Assembly (NCBI GenBank): GCA_964463155.1
Contig: CAYXAY010000012.1
Span: 1 to 20,321 of the forward strand
DNA: 20,321 bases
Direction of reading: 5' to 3'
Source of the DNA: an uncultured archaeon
GTDB lineage: Archaea > Iainarchaeota > Iainarchaeia > Iainarchaeales > CSSED10-239
Shown here: positions 15,789 to 20,321 of the stretch, in pieces
How the letters are laid out: every line of letters begins with the position of its first letter
Position numbering within the stretch: the first letter of the stretch is position 1
The notes under the pieces: generated by a model
Databases searched by the model: none
What the model was told of the DNA's origin: nothing
The model's input: the letters and a program-made list of their open reading frames with translations, nothing else
Translations under genes and position numbers: made by a program

Positions 15789-17119
15789 GTTTCTTTGATA
15801 ATCTAATAGGGCTGTTACCAACAGTCAAAGACCCAAGTAAGGTTCCAAACGTAAGACAAAAATTACTTTGGACATTGGTTATTTTAGTTATTTATTTTAT
15901 ATTAGGAACAATAACATTAATTGGTCTTAATCCAGAAGCAGAGTCAGTAAGAGACATTGGAATGTACCAAACAATTCTTGCTAGTGACATAGGAACATTA
16001 ATTACTCTTGGTATTGGGCCAATCGTACTAGCTTCAATTATCTTACAATTACTAGCAGGAGTAAAAATAATAAACTTTGATTTCTCGAAATCGGAAGACC
16101 GTGCGCGGTTTTCAGGAGCGCAAAAACTACTTGCAATAGTTCTTGCAGTAGTAGAAGCGATCATTTATTCTGCATTTGGAATGCTTGAGCCACTTCCTGG
16201 AATGCTTTGGCTTGTGGTCTTGCAGATAGTGATTGGTGCAATAATAGTGATATACCTCGATGAAGTGGTAAGTAAATATGGAATCGGTTCAGGAATAGGG
16301 CTTTTCATTGCCGCAGGGGTTTGCCAAGCAATCATTTGGAGAATATTTAGTTTCCCTATAGGCACCTACACAGGTGGCCTATTATTCCAAGGAATAACAA
16401 TGATAACAACTGGTGCAACAATGGAGCTATTTACCTTTGTGTTGCTTCCAATATTGTTTACATTATTGGTGTTCTTTGCAGTAGTGTATGTCGAAAGTGT
16501 GCATGTAAATATTCCGTTGACTGTTGGGAGAAGTGGAATGGGAGCCAATTTTCCAGTAAAGCTCATGTATATTTCAAACATGCCAGTAATCCTTACAGGA
16601 ACGCTGTTTGCAAATATCGCGTTGTTTGCAACGCTGTTTAAGGACAAAGGAATAGGAAGCGTGTTTTCGCCAATTGCGAATTTCTTGCAATCACAACATG
16701 GCTTGCTTCAGAATGCAATCTTTGCGGGAGTAACCGGAAGAATGTTTTTGATGGCAATAGGTTATGCAATATTGTTTGTTACAATGTGTGTAATCTTTGG
16801 TAAATTCTGGGTAGAGGTTGGAGGACAAGGAACAGCAAATGTTGCAGGTCAACTTCAAAGATCAGGAATGTCAATACCAGGATTTAGAAGAGACGAGAGA
16901 GTTTTAGTAACAGTACTAAACAGATATATTCCTGTAATTGTGATACTTGGCTCTATAATTGTAGGCCTATTAGCGGTTCTTGCAGACTTTACAGGAGCAA
17001 TAGGAACCGGAACAGGAATATTGTTAACAGTTGGAATTGTTTATAGATTCTATGAACAACTTGCAAAAGAGCAATTATTTGAATCAGGAAATTTCCTGAA
17101 GACAATGTTAAATAAGTGA
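15785..17119 (+). CDS. secY: Preprotein translocase subunit SecY
   Basis: 444-aa polytopic membrane protein with about 10 hydrophobic segments. LPTVKDPSKVPNVRQKLLWTL N-terminus and GMSIPGFRRDE cytoplasmic loop. ATGA overlap with rpl15; canonical position. Confidence 0.95.
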   Translation: MSFFDNLIGLLPTVKDPSKVPNVRQKLLWTLVILVIYFILGTITLIGLNPEAESVRDIGMYQTILASDIGTLITLGIGPIVLASIILQLLAGVKIINFDFSKSEDRARFSGAQKLLAIVLAVVEAIIYSAFGMLEPLPGMLWLVVLQIVIGAIIVIYLDEVVSKYGIGSGIGLFIAAGVCQAIIWRIFSFPIGTYTGGLLFQGITMITTGATMELFTFVLLPILFTLLVFFAVVYVESVHVNIPLTVGRSGMGANFPVKLMYISNMPVILTGTLFANIALFATLFKDKGIGSVFSPIANFLQSQHGLLQNAIFAGVTGRMFLMAIGYAILFVTMCVIFGKFWVEVGGQGTANVAGQLQRSGMSIPGFRRDERVLVTVLNRYIPVIVILGSIIVGLLAVLADFTGAIGTGTGILLTVGIVYRFYEQLAKEQLFESGNFLKTMLNK

Positions 17120-17125
17120 TATTGA

Positions 17126-17602
17126 ATGATGATACCAGTAATACAGAAATGGATTGACGTGATACTTCTTGCAATCATATTTGTAATTTTAAACAGATTG
17201 ATTCAGCATCTTTTCTCTAATCCAAAAGAATATTTCTTTGTTAAAAGAAAAAACAAAGAGATTCAGAATGAGATGAAAGTATTAATGAAAGAACACAAAT
17301 ACGCAGAAGTTAATGTTAAGCAAAAAGAGGCATTCAGTCTAATGGGAAGACAGTTTAAAGGCCTTTTCAAAACAATGATACCATTAATGATTCTTGCAAT
17401 CCCTTTCCTTTACATAGTTAAGAAATATTATGGAGAAATAATGTATATTAACACAACATTCCCATGGGCATTTGATCTTTATGGTTTCTGGACATTTTTT
17501 ATAATGACATTTATATTGTCGCTCATAGCAAACAATCTTTATGATAAATTGTTTGAAAAGAAATACGCAGACTATGTTCCTGCAGATTATCAAAAGAAAT
17601 AG
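17126..17602 (+). CDS. DUF106-family membrane protein (archaeal YidC/Oxa1/EMC3-like insertase candidate), compact 158-aa form
   Basis: Architecture is TM1 (VILLAIIFVILNRLI), a K/E-rich coiled-coil hairpin (KRKNKEIQNEMKVLMKEHKYAEVNVKQKEAF...), TM2 (MIPLMILAIPFLYIV) and TM3 (FWTFFIMTFILSLIANNL). This matches the Mj0480-type DUF106 layout. DUF106 genes lie next to secY/adk in methanogens. AGTGAT SD. Confidence 0.6.
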   Translation: MMIPVIQKWIDVILLAIIFVILNRLIQHLFSNPKEYFFVKRKNKEIQNEMKVLMKEHKYAEVNVKQKEAFSLMGRQFKGLFKTMIPLMILAIPFLYIVKKYYGEIMYINTTFPWAFDLYGFWTFFIMTFILSLIANNLYDKLFEKKYADYVPADYQKK

Positions 17603-17619
17603 AATGGTGAAAAAAGCAT

Positions 17620-17961
17620 ATGCCAAATCCAAATCAAAAATTTAAAAAACACAAAACGAGAATAACTCCAGGCGGTAAAAACGTAAGAGTGGTAGTTAAG
17701 AAAACACCAAACAAGCACAAGTGTGCTGTATGTAAGGCAGTTCTTCACGGCCTGCCACACAGCAAAAGGCCATTTGAAGTTAAAAAACTTAGTAAGACAG
17801 AAAGAAGACCAGAAAACCTTCTGTCAAGTATGCTTTGCCCAAAATGTAGAAAGATAGCTTACCAAGAAGCAGTAATGCTAAGTCACAATATCAAGGCAGA
17901 AAAAGATATTGACTTTAAATACCTAAAATATATAAAAATGATATTAAAGAAACTAGAGTGA
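17620..17961 (+). CDS. rpl34e: 50S ribosomal protein eL34
   Basis: TRITPGGKNVRVVVKKTPNKHKCAVCKAVLHGLPH ... CPKCR, the eL34 zinc-ribbon pattern; GGTGA SD. Confidence 0.92.
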   Translation: MPNPNQKFKKHKTRITPGGKNVRVVVKKTPNKHKCAVCKAVLHGLPHSKRPFEVKKLSKTERRPENLLSSMLCPKCRKIAYQEAVMLSHNIKAEKDIDFKYLKYIKMILKKLE

Positions 17962-17967
17962 TGATTT

Positions 17968-18126
17968 ATGGGTTTGTTACAAAAAGGAAGAAAGTGTGTA
18001 ATAATGCAAGGCAGAAACTTTGGAAAGAAAGTAACCATAGACAAAATGGATTCAAAGTTTGTATACTATAAAATAAAAGACAAGGAACAAAAGATTGGAA
18101 TAATGCATGTGTTCCCTACAGAATAA
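17968..18126 (+). CDS. rpl14e: 50S ribosomal protein eL14, truncated 52-aa KOW-only form, absent from the ORF track
   Basis: Manual translation gives MGLLQKGRKCVIMQGRNFGKKVTIDKMDSKFVYYKIKDKEQKIGIMHVFPTE*. It has a KOW-like GRxCVIxxGRxxGKKVTI and a terminal HVFPT (compare HLEPT in methanogen eL14). AGTGAT SD 5 nt upstream; canonical neighbour of eL34. Confidence 0.65.
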   Translation: MGLLQKGRKCVIMQGRNFGKKVTIDKMDSKFVYYKIKDKEQKIGIMHVFPTE

Positions 18127-18143
18127 TTAAATGTGATTAAAAT

Positions 18144-18737
18144 ATGGCAAAAGATAAAAAAGCAAACAACGCGCCACCATTAAAAATGGACAAAAAAACA
18201 AAATCAGAAGGAAGTTCTCACGGCTCTTCAGGTAGATTAAGAATTGCAAAGGCAAAACCAAAACCAAGTCACTTCAATCCAGCAAAGGAAGGAGCAGATT
18301 TTAGACACATAGTAAGAGTTGCAAATAGAGATATTCCGGGATACATGTCAATCGCAGAAGGACTAACATTAATCTATGGAATAAGCCACAGATTAGGAAC
18401 CGCAATAGAGGGGATATTTTTCAAGGATACAGGAAAAGAAATACATAGAATTGGAAACATTAATGACAAAGAAATTGAAACACTTGAAAAAATCATACAG
18501 ACAATAGACAAAAGAGTGCCTGCTTGGTTACTAAACAGACCAAAACAGTTTAACGGTGACAAAGCTCAATACATCATGGCAGACTTAAAGCTTGTTGAAA
18601 GAAAAGAACTTCAAAGACTTGGAAAAACCAAGAGCTACAGAGGTTTAAGACTACAGTGGGGTCAAAGAGTAAGAGGTCAAAAGTCTAAGTCAACAGGCAG
18701 AAGACATACAACAATTGGTGTAGAAAAGAAAAAATAA
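18144..18737 (+). CDS. rps13: 30S ribosomal protein uS13 with an N-terminal extension of about 52 aa
   Basis: The conserved core starts at FRHIVRVANRDIPGYMSIAEGLTLIYGIS and ends with YRGLRLQWGQRVRGQKSKSTGRR. The start at 18144 is preceded by GTGAT at the usual spacing. The internal Met15 has no SD. Confidence 0.9.
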   Translation: MAKDKKANNAPPLKMDKKTKSEGSSHGSSGRLRIAKAKPKPSHFNPAKEGADFRHIVRVANRDIPGYMSIAEGLTLIYGISHRLGTAIEGIFFKDTGKEIHRIGNINDKEIETLEKIIQTIDKRVPAWLLNRPKQFNGDKAQYIMADLKLVERKELQRLGKTKSYRGLRLQWGQRVRGQKSKSTGRRHTTIGVEKKK

Positions 18738-18771
18738 AGGTGGCACATAAAAAAACATAAGGTGAAAACAA

Positions 18772-19332
18772 ATGGGAGAACCAAGAAGATTAAGCAGAAA
18801 ATATGATGTCCCAAGAAAGCTTTATGACAAGCAGAAAATGATAATTGACAGAAAGCTTGAAAGGGAATATGGTCTAAAAACAAAAAGAGAAATATGGAAA
18901 GCAGAATCTGTTGTTAGAAACTACAGAAAGATAGCAAGAAGTCTTTTAGCAGGAAATGTTGATGACATTGACAAAAGAACAAATGAACTTTTATCAAGAT
19001 TGCAAAAGATTGGAATATTTACAAAGGACCACACAATTGAAGATGTTTTAAAACTTCAGGCTTCAGACATGCTTGAAAGAAGACTGCAAACACAGGTTTT
19101 TAGAAGAGGACTAGCATTAACACCAAAGCAATCAAGACAATTAATAACACACGGTCACATAATTGTAAACGGAATAAGAAGAACTGCTCCAAGCTCAATT
19201 GTTTATGCAAATGATTCAATAGCATACATTGACACAAAAATAAAAGCAGCAATTGACAGAGCACAAGAACAAAAGGGAAAGCCTTTCCTTAAAACAAAAC
19301 CAAAAGAAGAAAAGAAAGAGGAGGCTGAATGA
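18772..19332 (+). CDS. rps4: 30S ribosomal protein uS4
   Basis: MGEPRRLSRKYDVPRK N-terminus and S4 RNA-binding domain RRLQTQVFRRGLALTPKQSRQLITHGHIIVNG; GGTGA SD. Confidence 0.95.
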   Translation: MGEPRRLSRKYDVPRKLYDKQKMIIDRKLEREYGLKTKREIWKAESVVRNYRKIARSLLAGNVDDIDKRTNELLSRLQKIGIFTKDHTIEDVLKLQASDMLERRLQTQVFRRGLALTPKQSRQLITHGHIIVNGIRRTAPSSIVYANDSIAYIDTKIKAAIDRAQEQKGKPFLKTKPKEEKKEEAE

Positions 19333-19724
19333 TTATGGTAGGCACAGGAAAAACAGGAATTGTTAATATTTTTGCTTCAAGAAACAATACCTTGATTGTC
19401 TTAACAGACGAAACCGGTTCAGAAGTCATTGCAAAATGTACTGGCGGACAAATGACAAAATCACAGCACAAAGAAGGTTCGCCTTACATTGCGACAAAGA
19501 TTGCACAGGCAGTTGCAGAAAAAGCAAATGAGAAAGGCATAAAAAACGTTCATGTTAAGATTAGAGCTCCTGGCGGAAATCTTTATTATAATCCAGGACA
19601 AGGAGCAGAATCATCTCTTAAGACATTAACAAGAGCAGGACTTAATATCCTAAGCATATCAAACACAACACCAGTCCCACATGATGGTTGTAGAAAGCAA
19701 AAAAAGTTTAGAAAGAAAAACTAA
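19329..19724 (+). CDS. rps11: 30S ribosomal protein uS11
   Basis: GIVNIFASRNNTLIVLTDETG ... HVKIRAPGG ... GAESSLKTLTRAGLNILSISNTTPVPHDGCR; ATGA overlap with rps4. Confidence 0.95.
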   Translation: MIMVGTGKTGIVNIFASRNNTLIVLTDETGSEVIAKCTGGQMTKSQHKEGSPYIATKIAQAVAEKANEKGIKNVHVKIRAPGGNLYYNPGQGAESSLKTLTRAGLNILSISNTTPVPHDGCRKQKKFRKKN

Positions 19725-19742
19725 AATGGTAGGTAATAAAAA

Positions 19743-20321
19743 ATGTCAAAAATAACTTATCTAGAACAAAAAGGAAAAATCTATAAGTATTTAACTGAGG
19801 GCTTTGATCCAATAGAAATGAACACCTTAAGAAAGAAGATAAGTTATTGTTTGTCAGTCTATGCTGTTGATGAGATTGATTTTTATGAGAACGGTTCAGT
19901 TATTGTTGATGAAATGCTTGCAAATAGAATTGCATTAGTGCCGCTTACAACACCAACAGAATCAACAGGAAAAAAAGTAACATTGACTTTGGAAAAGGAT
20001 GGACCGGCAACAGTCTACTCAGGAGACCTTCAATCAAATGATGATGATGTTAAACCTGTTTATGACACAATACCATTAACAAAACTTAAAGAAAACCAAA
20101 GACTAAGACTTGATGCTTACGCTATTCAAGGGCAAGGAAGAACACATGTTAAGTTTTCTCCAGCAATAGCCTCTTACAGTCAACTTCCAGAATTAGAAAT
20201 ATTAAGAGGCTGTGATGGTTGCGAAGCGTGTGTAGAGGCTTGCCCAGTAAAATGTATGAAGATGAGTTCTGGAAAACCAAAGATTGATGATCTAAACAAA
20301 TGTATAAACTGTCAGGCTTGC
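19743..20321 (+). CDS. rpoD: DNA-directed RNA polymerase subunit D (Rpo3), 5' partial (193 codons, runs off the window), with ferredoxin-like Cys motifs
   Basis: Manual translation gives MSKITYLEQKGKIYKYLTEGFDPIEMNTLRKKISYCLSVYAVDEIDFYENGSVIVDEMLANRIALVPL..., the RpoD/Rpb3 dimerisation-domain pattern, then CDGCEACVEACP and CINCQAC. It lies in the canonical slot after uS13-uS4-uS11. It is not in the ORF track, which lists only complete ORFs, because no stop is reached. Confidence 0.88.
   Translation, partial: MSKITYLEQKGKIYKYLTEGFDPIEMNTLRKKISYCLSVYAVDEIDFYENGSVIVDEMLANRIALVPLTTPTESTGKKVTLTLEKDGPATVYSGDLQSNDDDVKPVYDTIPLTKLKENQRLRLDAYAIQGQGRTHVKFSPAIASYSQLPELEILRGCDGCEACVEACPVKCMKMSSGKPKIDDLNKCINCQAC

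Noticed and set aside
17958-17964. C-box-like GTGATGA at the rpl34e/rpl14e junction (and ATGATGA at 17126-17132), suggesting a C/D box sRNA
   Set aside because: No CTGA D or D' box follows within the 50-70 nt expected. The sequences are fully explained as stop codon plus SD (GTGAT) and as a Met-Met start.
17961-18071. Alternative 36-codon ORF starting at the ATG overlapping the rpl34e stop (MIYGFVTKRKKVCNNARQKLWKESNHRQNGFKVCIL*)
   Set aside because: The +1 frame from 17968 gives a KOW-type eL14 sequence with correct SD spacing and the expected synteny. The 17961 frame has no recognisable features.
441-19471. All 24 minus-strand ORFs in the supplied track (60-148 aa), for example 14596-15042, 9438-9803, 12243-12611 and the trio 15892-16647 antisense to secY
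   Set aside because: Each lies entirely antisense to a confidently identified + strand gene. Their translations are Phe/Leu/Ser/Ile-rich low-complexity strings, the mirror image of Lys/Glu-rich AAR/GAR codons. None has an SD motif or any recognisable domain. They are shadow ORFs typical of AT-rich coding DNA.
1-20321. Search by eye for tRNA/rRNA genes, CRISPR repeats, IS or integrase genes, and toxin-antitoxin or defence genes
   Set aside because: I found no T-loop-like GGTTCRAATCC motifs, no regularly spaced direct repeats, no terminal inverted repeats and no unassigned ORF space above about 330 bp. Apart from the surface-protein genes, every coding segment is accounted for by conserved translation, secretion or transcription genes.

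Overview
AT-rich (roughly one-third G+C by eye) archaeal window using the standard code, since TAA, TAG and TGA all serve as stops. Every gene I can support is on the + strand. It has two parts. (1) Positions 1-3784 are an accessory-looking surface-protein segment. It holds the 3' end of an S/T-rich ORF, a 514-aa protein with a textbook archaeal class III (type IV prepilin-like) signal peptide and a large Cys/Asn-rich ectodomain, and a probably co-transcribed 623-aa Sec-signal secreted orphan protein. (2) Positions 4116-20321 are an uninterrupted archaeal ribosomal-protein super-operon. Its order is uL3-uL4-uL23-uL2-uS19-uL22-uS3-uL29-aIF1(SUI1)-Rpp29-uS17-uL14-uL24-eS4-uL5-uS14-uS8-uL6-eL32-eL19-uL18-uS5-uL30-uL15-SecY-DUF106(YidC-like)-eL34-eL14-uS13-uS4-uS11-RpoD, with RpoD cut by the window edge. 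Three genes are absent from the ORF track and were read directly from the sequence: uS14 (11765-11938), eL14 (17968-18126) and rpoD (19743->20321). Several features suggest a reduced DPANN-like archaeon, which is inference only: adk and cmk are absent from their usual slots around secY/eL34/eL14, Rpp29, eL14 and DUF106 are miniaturised, several r-proteins carry charged extensions, and the pilin-like protein is oversized. I saw no rRNA, tRNA, CRISPR array, transposase, integrase or recognisable defence or toxin genes. The only candidate for something new is the pilin-like/secreted protein pair at 328-3784. The rest is a conserved housekeeping locus with some lineage-specific oddities.
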